From contig NC_057719.1 of assembly GCF_004010195.1 (NCBI RefSeq), positions 19,276,684 to 19,328,255 of the forward strand: DNA of 51,572 bases, read 5' to 3'. The DNA is from Chiloscyllium plagiosum (taxonomy: Eukaryota). A model generated the notes under the pieces. That model was not told the DNA's origin and made no database searches. It saw only the letters and a program-made list of their open reading frames with translations. Position 1 is the first letter of the stretch; the number at the start of each line of letters is the position of its first letter. The translations under genes were made by a program, and so were the position numbers. Below are positions 34,995 to 48,200 of this stretch, one piece after another.

Positions 34995-36439
34995 GATTCT
35001 CCTGTTCCCTAGATGCTGCCTGACCTGCTGCGCTTTTCCAGCAACACATTTCCATCTTCAACTAGTCCATGCCGACCATGCAATCTAGTCTCACCTGCTA
35101 GCACCTGACCCATATTCCTCCAAACTCTTCCTATTCATATACCCATCCAGATACCTTTTAAATGTTGCAATTGTACCAGCCTCCACCACTTCCTCTGCAG
35201 CTCATTCCATAGACATACCACCTTCTGCATGAAAAAGTTGCCCCTTAGGTGTCTTTTATGTCTTTCCCCTCTCACCCTAAACCTATGCCCTCTAGTTCTG
35301 GACTCCCCCACCCCAGGGAAAATTCTTTATCTATTTATCCTTTCCATGCCCCTCATGATTTTATAAACCTCTATAAGGTCACCCCTCAGCCACCGATGCT
35401 CCAGGGAAAACAGCTTTAGCCTATTCATCCTCTCCCTATAGCCCAAATTTTGCACAATCTGATGAAAGAAAAGGCTACTCAATTGGGAATAAGTAAAGCA
35501 ATAGCTGCTTCAATGTCACATCAGATTGCACATATTCTCAACCTGTCTTCCACTCTTCTCCACACCATGATCCTTGCATAACACAAGCAACTTCAGCCAT
35601 TCACACCTGATACGGACGTAGGGCTGAAGATCCAGCGTGGAAACACTTGACCTGAGTATACATCATCACTGTATCAAGATAAAAGGTTTAAGGAATGAGT
35701 TCATCACAGCCCCACATTGTTCCAGATTGGCAGAGTTAGTTTGGCTTTTTAGGAGTCTAGGGCGGGCAATCATTTGTATACTTAATTCAACACAAATCTA
35801 TTAGCCAAAATCTGACAAATTATTTTGTAGTATTAATATCGAGACAGTGAATGTCCAAATATGATCTATCACTGTCTTCTCTTCCTGTTCCCTGCATGTT
35901 CACCACTGGAGTTCTTTAAGAATCTATGATTATTTTCCCCCTTTCTATCTGTTCATCTGTAGTAATATTGTAAGCCTCTTCATATTTGTGATGATAACAA
36001 GCTCTACTTCTGTAGCCTTTTCTCATCCTTTGTCTCCCACTTTCCCTCATGGCCTAAAGCTTATTTCAATTTCAGACTTGGTTGAATCATGACTTCCTTC
36101 AGTAGAGTATTTAAAAGACAAAAAGTGTCCTCTGCCCCATACACTCATCACCCTTGCTATCAGTTCCATTCCTCTCTCCGGTCAATGTTTCTGTTTAAAT
36201 GAGATTGCAAATTTGGCATAGTGTTTATACATCAGTTTGATTTCAGATCTTACCTCTACATTACACTGTTTGCATTCAGTCAGCAATGTTTGTGCTGTCC
36301 TTGTTGGCTTCCCATTTTCCCCTTTCATTCACTCCACTTAATTCAGAGCTCTGCTGCATTTATTCTGCACTGTACTGAGTCTTGTTATCTTTCATTTTTT
36401 TTATCTTCTCTTTCACTCATACAGAGAGCATTAAGATAG

Positions 36440-36800
36440 CTTAGAGCAAGTTTATTAGATTTATACTTGGAATGAGTAGGTTATCTTATGAGGATAGATT
36501 TCACAAACTGAGCTTGTTTTCACAGGAGTTTAGAAGAGTGAGGGATGTCTTGATTACAGTGTATAATATCTTGATTGGCCTGGACATAGTTAAAATGGAA
36601 AGGATGGTTCTTGTTGTCAGTGAATCCAAAAATTAAAAATTAGGGGTTGGCTTCTTTAGAACGAAGATGAAGTAAGATTTTTTTTCTTGCAGAGAGTTGT
36701 GCTACTTTTGAAAACTTTGCTTCAGAGGTTGGTGGGGGCCACTGAACATTTTTAAGGCAGTGATAGATACATCAGGCAAAGTGTTTAGGACTGTGTGGGA
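36440..36800 (+). mobile_element. Old CR1 3' fragment
   Basis: tcttatgaggatagatt...ggagtttagaagagtgaggg, similar to 11170-11480. Confidence 0.7.
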
Positions 36801-37189
36801 ATGGTGGTATAGGATCTATCTGGCTTTGAGGGAGGTAATGTCTTGTCACAGTGAAGGCATTGGGGAAATGCTGGGCAGGTTGGCACTCTGGACAGGTTGG
36901 GACAGCAGGAAGTGCAAAAGATGATAGAGAGGAGTGTGAGAGATACTTAAGAGACCTTTGCTGACTGATGAATGCACTGTCCACTGGCCTACTGCATCAA
37001 ATAGATCAAGGTTCAGGAGGTGAAGAAGGTTGATCTCAGCAGTCATCACTATCATGGAAGTACAATTGGTCTTAGTGCTCCTGAATTGGAAGGGGTTTGA
37101 TTGGCCACGGTCCTCAATTGCCTGCATTCACTACTCCCCTTGAATAGGATGGAGCTCCTTTTTCACCAAGTCTTTAAAATTATGCTAGA

Positions 37190-38172
37190 GTTTTATTTGA
37201 TTTATTGTTGTCCCATATACCAAGACACAGTGAAAAGTGTTGATTTGCATTCCATATATAGCAGATCGGGGTAGCAGAACAGAGTGTATAATACAGTGCT
37301 ACAGCCACAGTGAAAGTGCAGAGAGGGAGAGATCAAAAATATTTGACAGGTCTATTCAAAAATCTGATAAGTCTGATAACAACGAGGAAGAAGCTGTTCT
37401 TGAATCTGTTCATACATGTATTCAAACTTATATATCTTATGCTTGATGGAAGAGAGTGGAATAGACTATAACTGGGATGGGAGGGGTCATTTATTATGTT
37501 GGTTGCTTTCCCGATGCAGTGGGAAGTATAAATGGAGTCAATGGATAGAGGGTTGGTTTGTGTGATGGACTAGGCTGTGTTCACAACTCTCTGTAGTTTC
37601 TTGCAGTCTTGGGAAGAGCATTTGCCATACCACACTGTAATGCAATCAGATAGAATGATTTCTATGGTGCATCTATAAAAATTATTCAGAATCTTTGTGG
37701 ACTTGCTGAATTTCCTTAGCCTCCTGAGGATTAGAGGCATTGCTGTGCTTTCTTGAACTGTCACATTGACGTGGGTAGAACAGGACAGATGTTTGGTAAT
37801 TAACACTCCTAGGAACTTGACATTCTCGACCATCTCCATCTTGGCTCCATTGATGCAGACAGGGGCATGCTCTCCACTGCATTTCCTGGAGCCTATGATC
37901 AGCTCCTTTGTTTTGCTGACATTGATGGAGAGATTGTTGACTTTACACCATGCCGCTAAGCACTCAATCTGTTTCCTGTACTCTGTCTCATCATTGTCTG
38001 AGGTTTGACCTACAATAGCGGTGTCATCAACAAACCTGTAAATGGAGTTGGGGCAGAATTCGGCCACACAGGCCAAATCTATAAGGAGTACAGTAGGGAG
38101 TTGAGTACGCAGCCTTGTGGGGCGCCTGTGTTGAGGATTATCGTGGAGGAGGTGTTGCCACCTGTTCTTCCT
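37190..38172 (-). mobile_element. Rex1/Babar-clade LINE fragment (RT C-terminus and 3' UTR)
   Basis: ORF 37570-38208: FVDDTAIVG...NNLSINVSKTKELII...KFLGV...LRRLRKF...FYRCTIE..LSDCITVWYG. Confidence 0.88.
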
Positions 38173-38829
38173 AATGTTTACTGTAAGTTTGATGGAAGTT
38201 GTTTTCATCTAGGGGAAACCAAACATTAGAGGCTGTGAATATAATATATTCATTAATAATCATTTAGAGGAAGGATTTTCACTCAGAGTGGCAAGAATGT
38301 AGAACTCACTACCACAAAGAATAGCTGAGAAGACTAGTGTAGATCCACTTAAGAGGAAACTAGTAAGAAAAAAGACAGCAGAAGTCATAGAACATTATAT
38401 TGATAGGGTGAGATAAAGATGTATATGGAAAGAAGCTTGCCAACATCATACAGACGAAATTGCCCGTTTTTCGCTATAAAAGTTATGCAAAAAGGAGGAT
38501 GCAAAGTGCTAATTGTGCAGCAATAACTCTTTGCAACTGTTAAGATGATGTGACAGATTAGGAGAATATATTGCTAATTTAAAGGGGCAGTGTGCTCATA
38601 ACAAATGCTGAGCAGTTTCTGTATTCACTTCCTCACCTCTCATGAAGACATTGAATTCTTTCTGTGATTTGGCTCCAAGGACTTTTGATGCTGTCTAATC
38701 CTTTACTGATGTAACCATTATTTATTTTGAATTCCTGAACAATGGATATTGATAAGTATCTTGAGCACAGAGCAATGTAAATGTACTTGAGTCACACCCA
38801 CTGTCCCCACAGTAGCTTGGATTGGATGT

Positions 38830-39167
38830 AGATTAGATTAGATTTTCTAGGTTAGATTAGATTCCCTACAGTGTGGAAACAGGTCATTTGGCCCAACTAG
38901 TCCACATTGACCCTCCGAAGAGTAACCCACCCAGACCCATTTCCCTCTGACTAATATACCTAACACTACGGGCAATTTAGCATGTCTAATTCACCTGACT
39001 TGCACATCTTTGGACAGTGGGAGGAAACCGGAGCATCCAGAGGAAACCTACGCAGACATGGGGAGAATGTGCAAACTCCACACAGACAGTCTCCTGAGGC
39101 TGGAATTGAACCTGGGACCTTGGTGATGTGAGGCAGCAGTGCTAGCCACTGAGCCACCATGCAGCCC
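38830..39167 (-). mobile_element. HE1 SINE
   Basis: (agatt)n tail and full body; flanked by atgta. Confidence 0.93.
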
Positions 39168-39361
39168 CAATGTAATTGGATTGCGATCAGTAAAATCCCA
39201 GCCAATCCTCTTCTCCTTAATTCAGATATTTAAAGTAATTTTTAGTTCTCCTACTGTGCTATGACTGAGATTAGCTAACTGGCTATCATGTAGGTTTATT
39301 GTTGTAACACTGTCCCTGGACTGAAACATGAACTTCTGAGGATAGGCTGAGAATGAAAGTA

Positions 39362-39490
39362 AGGAGAAAGTGAGGACTGCAGATGCTGGAGATCAGAGTC
39401 AAGCGTGGGGTGCTGGAAAAGCACAGCAGGTCAGGCAGCATCCAAGGAGCAGGAGAATCAACCTTTCGGGAAAGAACCCTTCATCAGGAA
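39362..39490 (-). mobile_element. Penelope-like terminal fragment
   Basis: gagaaagtgaggactgcagatgctgg...cccttcatcaggaa; flanking direct repeat aggctgagaa at 39344-39353 and 39493-39502. Confidence 0.85.
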
Positions 39491-39683
39491 CGAGGCTGAG
39501 AACACTTTCTGTTGAGTCACTGGGGGGAATAAGAAGTTTTTTTCATTTTGTTTCTGGATAAGCAGCGCAGAGGCTTAAATTACAACAAATCATTTCATTT
39601 CAGTGCTTCTGTTTTCATTAACTATGAAGCAAATAATACAAAGTGCTTCTTTTTTCCCTTCTCTGTACCCCAATCCTGATCCC

Positions 39684-39998
39684 AGTGGTTAGCACTGCTG
39701 CCTCACAGCGCCAGGGACCCTGATTTGATTCCAACCTCGGGTGACTGTCTGTGTGGAGTTAGCACATTCTCCCGATGGCTGCATGGGTTTCCTCCAGATG
39801 CTCCGGTTTTCTCCCACATTCCAAAGATGTGCAGGTTAGGTGAATTGACCATGCTAAATTGCCCATAGTGTTCAGGGATAAGTAGGTTAGATGGATTAGT
39901 CAGGGACAAATATAGGATAGAGGGAATGAGTCTGAGTGGGTTACTCTTCGGAGGGGTGGACTTGTTGGGCTGAAGACCCTGTAGGAATTCTATTCTAT
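39684..39998 (+). mobile_element. HE1 SINE
   Basis: cagtggttagcactgctgcctcacagcgccagggacc...gtaggaattctattctat. Confidence 0.92.
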
Positions 39999-42214
39999 GA
40001 GCTTCAAGCTATTGTACCATTGAATAGTTACAGCACTGAGGAAAACATTTGGCTGTCACATCTTAATTTTCTAGAAGAAAAATTGAGCAGGTATCGCTCA
40101 CCCACTCTTTAACAGCACTTATTTTCTGCTTTATCTTACTCTCTACCTCTCTATGCTCTGGCATGGTGACAAATCTGCCATTTGTGGAAAATTGTCTCAA
40201 TTGTACCCAACTAGCTCCACCACGTACCATAGAGCAAGACGTTCCACTGCTGCCACCACCAACAGCTCACTACCGATAACCAGCATATCTGTAAGCAACC
40301 AATACTTCCAGAACAGTTTTGTCTGTAAAATTGTTTCCATGGTCCATTATGTGCCCACCCTATTGAATTAGCTCTTCTCCAATTAAGTATTTTTACTTTA
40401 AGATGCTTGCTTTGCTAAACCATGTTCCTTGAATGTTTCCTCATTGACACTTTGTCAACTTGATCCAACAAATTTTCCAGAACAGACCCAATTTTCTTTC
40501 CTTGTTGAGCCGAGAAAGAGTGTGATTAAAAAAATTCCCCTGAATAATAGTTTAGAAATTCTTCCTTACTCACTTTTCTCTTGGTCTTTTTAAGAGAACC
40601 ATTTGAATTTGTTCTCAAAAAAGAAATTATTCAATTCAGACTGAAATGGTGCTTTGTACTTCTGCAACAATAGCTGTCGTTAAACAGGTGAAGGAGTTAC
40701 TTTCTTCTGTAATGGTCAGGATGACTATAGCTTCAGTGTGTGTGAGTGGGTAGTTAGTATTTATATAAAATTGTATGAAAGGAGTCATGAATCCTCATGT
40801 ATAATGGAAGCATGAAGAAGAGACTTGGTGCAGGGTAGAATGGCAATGAACATTGAAAGGCTGCTGCAGGAGCACAATGCTCAAAGAGTGAGGCACTGAG
40901 TTCATGGACTGGACCAGGCTGCATCTCAAGAATGTTTTTCTTGCTCTCTTAATGCTATCTCACTTAGCGTCACCTACATTCTCGCATCACCCATGCCTCA
41001 CCTTTCCTTCCCTTGCCTTGGCGTACCTTCCCATTGCCATGCTTGTTAGTCAGGTGCACTTCACTCAGAGCTCGAGGCCTTTATTACTGCTGTAGTGACT
41101 TGCTGTTTTGTGCACATACAGATATCAGTTGCGAGCTGGCGGGGTGGGGTGGTGGTGGAACACCTTGCTGCATGGTACACAGGGACGTCAACCTAATGAG
41201 CCAGCTGCCTGTGTGGCAAACACACAACATATTTATTAAACCAAATGGCTATGTTGGAAGGTGGGAGGGTGAGGGGAGTGGAGTTTGATGATCCTCAGCC
41301 CAATCAAGGGGTGGACCATTGTCAGCATGGTACCATCAGTCACAGACACAGTCCACAGACAGTCCAGGGGCTTGAATGTGATCAGGCATCTGTTTGGAAT
41401 ATTCAGGGTGAGGTAATGCACCCAAAAATGTCTGGGGAATGGGCAGTGGTCAGTCCTGGAGGGCCTTTGCCCACAGTCAGGGAATCGTGTGTTGTCAGCT
41501 GCACAGACAGTAATCAGGGGTCTGGTCAGTTATGACAAGAGGCTGCTCATCAAAGTCAGTCAGAGGTCTGGAGCAAATACAGTCTTGGGGGTCTGTTTGT
41601 TCATTGTTAAGGTGGGTTCAAGATGATCTGTAGGAGCAGTGAGGGCATCATGGTGAAAAGGGGTGAGGGATTCAAAGCTTTGGAGTAGAAGGCTGAGGTG
41701 TTTGTCGAGGTGTGAATAAGAACGCTGATTGGGAAAACGTCAAACTATGTGGGGGTGTATGTAGAACAATGTCAGAGGTTACTGGCAATGACCCACCACA
41801 ATGGACTGTGCAGGGGGAGCATAGAGGCATAAGGTGTAATCGCCGAGCTGAGGTGGGGGGGGGAGGACTGTTTGAGGTGAAGATCAACATGGTGGATCTC
41901 CGCATGGGCAGGCATGGTTTGAAATGGCTTATTGGGGTAGCGTGAGGTACATGGAAGCTTGGCAGAGGGTGAAGTTTTGTTACCTGGTGACCAGGTGGAG
42001 CCCAGTGCCGATAGTTTCCACCATGTGCTGCATTGCTTGTCATCACTTGGCATTGCCCAGATGTGAAATGCAACTGGAAAACGTTCAGGACAATGCTCGT
42101 GGCAGATAGTGTCAGTATCAATTTGATGGGCAAAAGCATGGAATTCATGTCTGCTGGACATTAAAGCGACAAATATATGAAGCCTACTTTTGCATGGCAG
42201 AGCTCAGCTGCATC

Positions 42215-42531
42215 AGATTAGATTCCCTACAGTCAGGAAGCAGGCCCTTTGGCCCAACAGGACCACACCAACCCTCTGAAGAGTAACCCACCCAGACCCA
42301 TTCCTCTACCCTATATTTAGCCCTGACTAACGCATTTAACATTATGAGCAATTTAGCACGGCCAATTCACCTGACCTGCACATCTTTGGATTGTTGGAGG
42401 AAACTGGGGCACGTCCACGCAGACATGGGGAGAATGTGCAAACATCACATAGACAGTCATCTGAGGTGTGAATCGAATCCGGGTCCCTGGTGCTGTGAGG
42501 CTACAGTGCTAACCACAGCTATCGTGCTGCA
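42215..42531 (-). mobile_element. HE1 SINE
   Basis: Homologous to the other copies. Confidence 0.9.
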
Positions 42532-42577
42532 CTATGTTGCTAGGGTTGGAGGATTTGAGCTAGAGGGTGAGGATGGC

Positions 42578-42910
42578 GATTAGAGATTAGAGTCCCTACA
42601 ATATGGAAACAGGCCCTTCGGCCCAAGAAGTCCACACCGACCCTCCAAAGAGTAACCCATCCAGACCCATTCCCCTACCTATATTTACCCCGACTCAGGC
42701 ACCTAACACTACGGGCAATTTAGCATGGCCAATTCACCTCACTTGCATATCTTTAGACTGTGGGAGGAAACCAGAGCATCCAGAGGAAACCCTCGCAGAC
42801 ACAGGGAGAATGTGCAAACTCCACACAAACAGTCACCTGAGGCAGGATTCAAACCCAGGTCCCTGGAGCTGTGAGGCAGCGGTGCTAACCACTGAGCCAC
42901 TGTGCCACCC
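42578..42910 (-). mobile_element. HE1 SINE
   Basis: Homologous to the other copies; in tandem with the previous one, separated by a ~45-bp CR1 piece. Confidence 0.93.
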
Positions 42911-43057
42911 CAGAGTCTTCATAAAATTGAAGGTTTTACCAAGGATGCAAAATTCCCCAATTTTCCTCACTTTCAGACCCAGTTGCTAGAAAGCAAGGGC
43001 CAGGTTTCTATATTCAAGAAAACTCATTTTTTCACAATAATTAGACTCTAGCTACAT

Positions 43058-43495
43058 CTGATTTGATTTGATTTGATTTACTGTAGTCAAATGTACACAA
43101 GTACAGTGAAAAGTTTTGTTTTGTGATCAGTACAGGCAGATAATAGCAAACAAAGACATAGAGATCAAAGGCTTGGACAGAGTGAGACATACAGGTGACA
43201 CTGCACAGGAGGTGTGCAAAGCAAGATCAGCAATAACAAGATCAACAGTATTTGAAGTTAGACAGTCCATTCATCAGTCTAACAATGGCAGGGAAGAAAC
43301 TGTTCTTGAACCTGTTGGTGTTTGTGGAGTTCTGTAGCTTCTGCCTCATGGAAGAGGTTGTAGGGGAGCATTACTGGGGACGTCTGTAAAAGTTGGTGAG
43401 GGTCCTTATGGACATGCCAAATTTCCTAAGCAGTCTGAGGAAGAAGAGGCATTGTTGTGCCTTTTTAACTGAGGCATCTAAGTGGTCCAGACATG
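43058..43495 (-). mobile_element. Rex1/Babar LINE 3' fragment
   Basis: (gattt)n tail; ctgaggaagaagaggcattgttgtgc is homologous to 37720-37750. Confidence 0.75.
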
Positions 43496-44665
43496 TTGTC
43501 AGTTACAGGTAAAATTTTGGCATATAACATCATCAGTTAACGCTCTAATCCCCTTGTTACCACCCTCCCCCCCCTCCCCAACACATGCACTCACACACAT
43601 GCACACACACAAGCACACACACACACACTTAGGCTGACAGACAAGTAGGGTAAAATAAGCAGAGGGTAATACAGGGATAAGAAATCCCATGAGACCTCCT
43701 GATGAGAATTTCTCCAAAAATCTCACCACAACTCACACTTAGTCACAAAATGTAGGATTTAGCCCTTTGTATCTCAGATGGGACTTCCGCTGTTTGAAAG
43801 TTGATTGTCAACTTCTTGGAAAGATTACCCTATTGAACACCTCTCCCTCAGCTATACATCCCTACTGCCAGTGTCACTCCAACATCAGGGCAGCGAATGC
43901 AGTTTTACCTTGAATCCTGTGCCAAGGATTAGGGCAGGGCAGTCACCAATAACAGCAGCATAAGCAATAACAGCTGACTTCTCCTCAGCCATATACTGCC
44001 TGACAGAGAAGTGGAAGATGGTTTACCTGAATAGAGGAATCACCACCCCTCAAAACAGTATCTACAGGCAGAGGAATCGCTGTCTCAATCTTAGATCTTT
44101 ACATCAGGTTCCTGCTGACACCTGAAGCTTTCTCGAACAATGCCTCCTTCTGAGTGTAGCTGTTGAATGGACATTGATAATGGTCTACAAGGTAGCTGCC
44201 CAAATTCCAATTGGTCATATTTTCAGCAATTTGAATGACGCAAATATAATTATTCAGATATTATGCTTTCTGAAGTAACCGGACCCAAAACATTAACTTT
44301 GTTTTCTCTCCACAGGTACCGCTGAGCTTTTCCAGCAATTTCTGTTTTAGTTTCTGATGTCCAGCATCCGTAGTGCCTTCGGTTTTTGTTAAGTATTTAA
44401 ATATTCTTATGTTATGTGGTCCAATAATGTTTCAAACTATTTGTAAGTTGATTAAGATAAAGGGGCAAATAGCGATGGGTCATTGATGGTGATGAGCTGG
44501 TTCAGGACTAATGGACTCTATTGAAGCTATATCTTTCTTATTTTTCCTTATTAAATTATTCAAAATGGCACAGTTTTGTGGTGACAAATGAAAGCTTTTC
44601 ACTGTATTTTACTGTATTCTTACTGAAAGTACGTATGACAATAAAATCAAAAGCAAATCAATCAA

Positions 44666-45258
44666 GCTTGCCTTTATTGGTCAGAGTATTGAGTGTAGGA
44701 ATTTGAAGGTCATGTTGTCACTGTACAACACATTGGTTAGGCCACATAGGGAATATTGTGTGCAATTCTGATCTTCTCCTAGAAGAAGGATGTTGTGAAA
44801 CTTAAAAGGGTTTAGAAAAGATTTACAGGCTTGTTGCCAAAGTTGGAGGGTTTAAACTGTTGTGAGAGGCTGAATAGGCTGGGGCTGTTTTCCCTCGAGT
44901 GTCGGAAGCTGAGGAGTGACCTTATAGAGGTTTATAAAATCATGAGGGACATGGATAGGATAAATAGGCAAGTCCAGAACTAGAGGGCATAGGTTTAGGA
45001 TGAGAGGAGAAAGATTTAAAAGGGACCTAAGGGCAACTTTTTCACACAGACTGTGATGAGTGTATGGAATGAGCTGCCAGAGGAAGTGGTGGAGGCTGGT
45101 ACAATTGCAACATTTAAAAGGCATCATGAATAGGAAGGGTTTAGAGGCTTGTGGGCCAAGTGCTGGCAAATGGGACTAGATTAGGTTAGGATATCTGGTC
45201 GGCATGGACGAGTTGGACCGCAGCGTCTGTTTCTATGCTGAACAAACCTATGACTCTA
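44666..45258 (+). mobile_element. CR1 3' fragment
   Basis: Nearly colinear with 9100-9730. Confidence 0.93.
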
Positions 45259-48200
45259 AGGTAACGAAAAACACCTTCATTTTCCACTTTTGCCAGTTGA
45301 GTTCCTAGTACCTTATTCATTTGTGTGCCTTCTGTGTCTTGCATTTCATTTATTAACCCACCCACATAATCAGTCCCAAACTTTTGAGCACTATTAGTAT
45401 CGAATGGACCCAATAAATTTTACATAACTACTCGAAAATAAAATAGTATTTGTTAATCATTTATCTTATGGGTGTCTGTAGTAATTTGCAGCCTGCATGC
45501 TAACAGTAATCGCAGCATGTGGTTGGTGTTGTATTTAGTGAATGCTGTCATACGGTGTTGTGTAGAATACAAGTTTTACTTAATATTGCCATGTCCATTT
45601 TCACTACATTGACTGACATTTGTATAGCACCCACAATGCAGAAAAAAACTTCCACTGTCAGTTCAGATTTCATTTATTATGCAACTCTTGATCCTCTTTT
45701 GAAGCTCTGCTCTTTAAACTTTATCATGTGCTTTCTGATGATTAATGCCTATTGGACAACGCTTAATTTTTAACTTAGACACCTCCTCAAATAATTTTAA
45801 GGATATGCAGCTGGCGGCTTCCTGCTTTCAAAATTATAATACTTTTTGACTTATATATTCATGATGTTAACATTTTTAATATCTGTAAATTAATTTGGTG
45901 TTAATTCTCTTTTAACAGAATGCACCAATATTTGGTACTGAGATAGAAACTTCTACAATTGTGCGATTTCTAAAAACCTTATGGTCAGATTTTATTCAAA
46001 GTTTGTATGAATCTGAAGTATACTTCGGAACTTAGTTATATTTAAAGTGAATTTTGAAAAAAAAATGCCTGCTTTGAGGGAATGTAATTTTAAATACATA
46101 TGCATTTCCTTTTCTTGTCGTTTCAATATTGCGCTAAGACCAGCTGTCTGTAGGTGTCACTGTTGGGAACTGCAACACCTGCAGGCTGTTAGGCTTGACA
46201 CAGTTTGAAATAAACTTCTGAAAATAGCAAAATAAACCATATTTTAGAGAGCAGTTGAAGTTTATCCAGGAGGCTTATCAGTTGCGAATTTAATTTAAAT
46301 TTTATATTCAACATTAATAATTGTGAAAAGACGACAGTTATATTTTAAAATACAGTTTTAAAGTCATAAACCCAGAAGCCATATTTCATTTGAGTTAGGC
46401 TCAAGTTTGTAGATGGAGATTGTATGAAATTTTCCATTCTCACAGTTTCACATAGTCATTTATGAAGTAGTCACTTGCAAGTGGTTACATGTTTCGAAAT
46501 TAACTTGAATACAAATTACTTCACTATACTAGAAATGACCGGTATTTTTAGTCACAGATCATTGAACTCCAAATGCAGGGGGCTTGCACTTAATTGTTAT
46601 CTTGACTGATCCGCAACTGAAGCTAGATTTTGTCACTCTGTAGTCAAATTTGCAGAAGAGTTGTTTGCGCACCATTGCATGTAAGAGTGAACTTATTCTT
46701 ACCCAGTAGATGAATGTTTATGGGCAAACAGCTGTAGGATAATAATAATGGCTGGAGAGTAGTGGGAAATCCAAATGGAAGAAGAAACAGTTAAAACTGC
46801 AGTAGGAAGTAAATGTCCTTAGAAATGTTGTGTGGCGCACATTCACTTTTTAACTGAACAGTATATTAATTACATTTGTGACAAGTGACTACAGATTCAT
46901 ATTAAACAAGACTTAACAGAAATGTTGTGTACTAAGGTGGTTCCAGTTTAGTGTGAGGTTTTGCATACAACACAGAAAAGTAGTAGAAATATTATGATGG
47001 CCATTTAAAAATTTTGTGTACGTTTTAATTTTGTAATGATAAATTAAGTTGCTAATTTTGGCTCTGCTCTTTGTAGACACTGCAGGTTTAATTGCTAATT
47101 GTTAACAATGAATATATTTGCATAATAATAAGCTTCAAATTTACATCTTCAATGTGTTTCTTTCAAAGGATACATGATAAAAAGGTCATGTTGTTTAAAT
47201 AATTCATGCATTATTGCAATAAAGGAGCTATTACTGTATGTGCCTGCATATATATTGACTTTTGAAGCAGAAATATTCAGCCCTGTGGAGAAATTAATTT
47301 TTACAGCTTATAGCATGCTGGCGTGCATTTTACTGACTAAATCATCATTTTCTGTATGAGATTTCTTTGAAGCTCACTCTACTAAACAAGTTTAGGGATT
47401 CATTGTCATTCTGATCTGGCAATGGAGTCAATGCAGACCACATTAGGAAAGCCGTAACATTAAGCCAATCTAAACTGAGCCTCAATTCAGTTCCCGATGG
47501 ACATGAGTCCACAACACAAAATTGTCCTGGTTGCGGCACTTAATTCATCAATCTCAGTCTGCGCTGCCAGCGAATAGAGACTGAAAAGAAAAGAAGTGTC
47601 ACAAAGCTGCTGAACAGGGACATTAATGAGGTCATAATTAATATCATTCAGCCCTACTATACCTAATCTCAGAATATATTATATGAATGGTAGCTATCCA
47701 TTATTTGGATGTATAATTTCCTTAAGTTAACAAGATCTCAGAATTGCAAGCAATTTCTCGACATGTGACTCCTTGTAAGAAGTTGGTAAACCAGTAATTA
47801 TGCTCTGGTTCACTCAATTAATGCACAACTTGTCCATTAATACATGAACTTCCAACCCAGGAAACAGAAAGGTTTGTCATATTAGGCTCCAGGGAATTAC
47901 TCAGGGAATTCATGGATCCTTGGAAAATGTGTCAGAAATGAAATATGTGGAACTTCAAAGTATTCTTCAAGAGCTTGTTGTGTGCTTGCCACAGGTAGTT
48001 GTCTGTAGGTTATTGGAGATACATATATGTCAATTAAACAGACAGCAAAGTGAGGATTATTGCTTTACAAATCAGATAATGAGGCTACTTATCTGACAGA
48101 TTTATACGTTGAGACCTTTCCTGTCAAAATACATATTGCTTTGTATGTCGAACAAACAGTGGCGTGAGATCATTCTGTAGGTGGAAGAGGCTAAGTCACT

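Larger units (their letters stand above)
33839..35058 (+). mobile_element. Penelope-like retroelement, 5'-truncated (RT with YIDD motif, gap, 3' terminus)
   Basis: FVGYVEQSIF...YIDDCIG...FHPDLKFT...LPFLDL...YYKPTDSHSYLDYTSSHP...SQLLRLRRI is typical PLE RT; frame open up to the gap. Confidence 0.93.
33789..35448 (-). mobile_element. CR1 3' fragment split by a Penelope element (33789-33838 and 35059-35448)
   Basis: agagtcatagagtcatagag tail; ...gaccctttggtc | caactagtccatgccgacc rejoins. Confidence 0.88.

Noticed and set aside
42603..42989. Recurrent ORFs such as LAWPIHLTC..LDCGRKPEHPEET (also 9951 and 31671)
   Set aside because: They are antisense translations of HE1 SINEs.
43585..43628. (CA)n-like microsatellite
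   Set aside because: Common simple repeat with no further significance.
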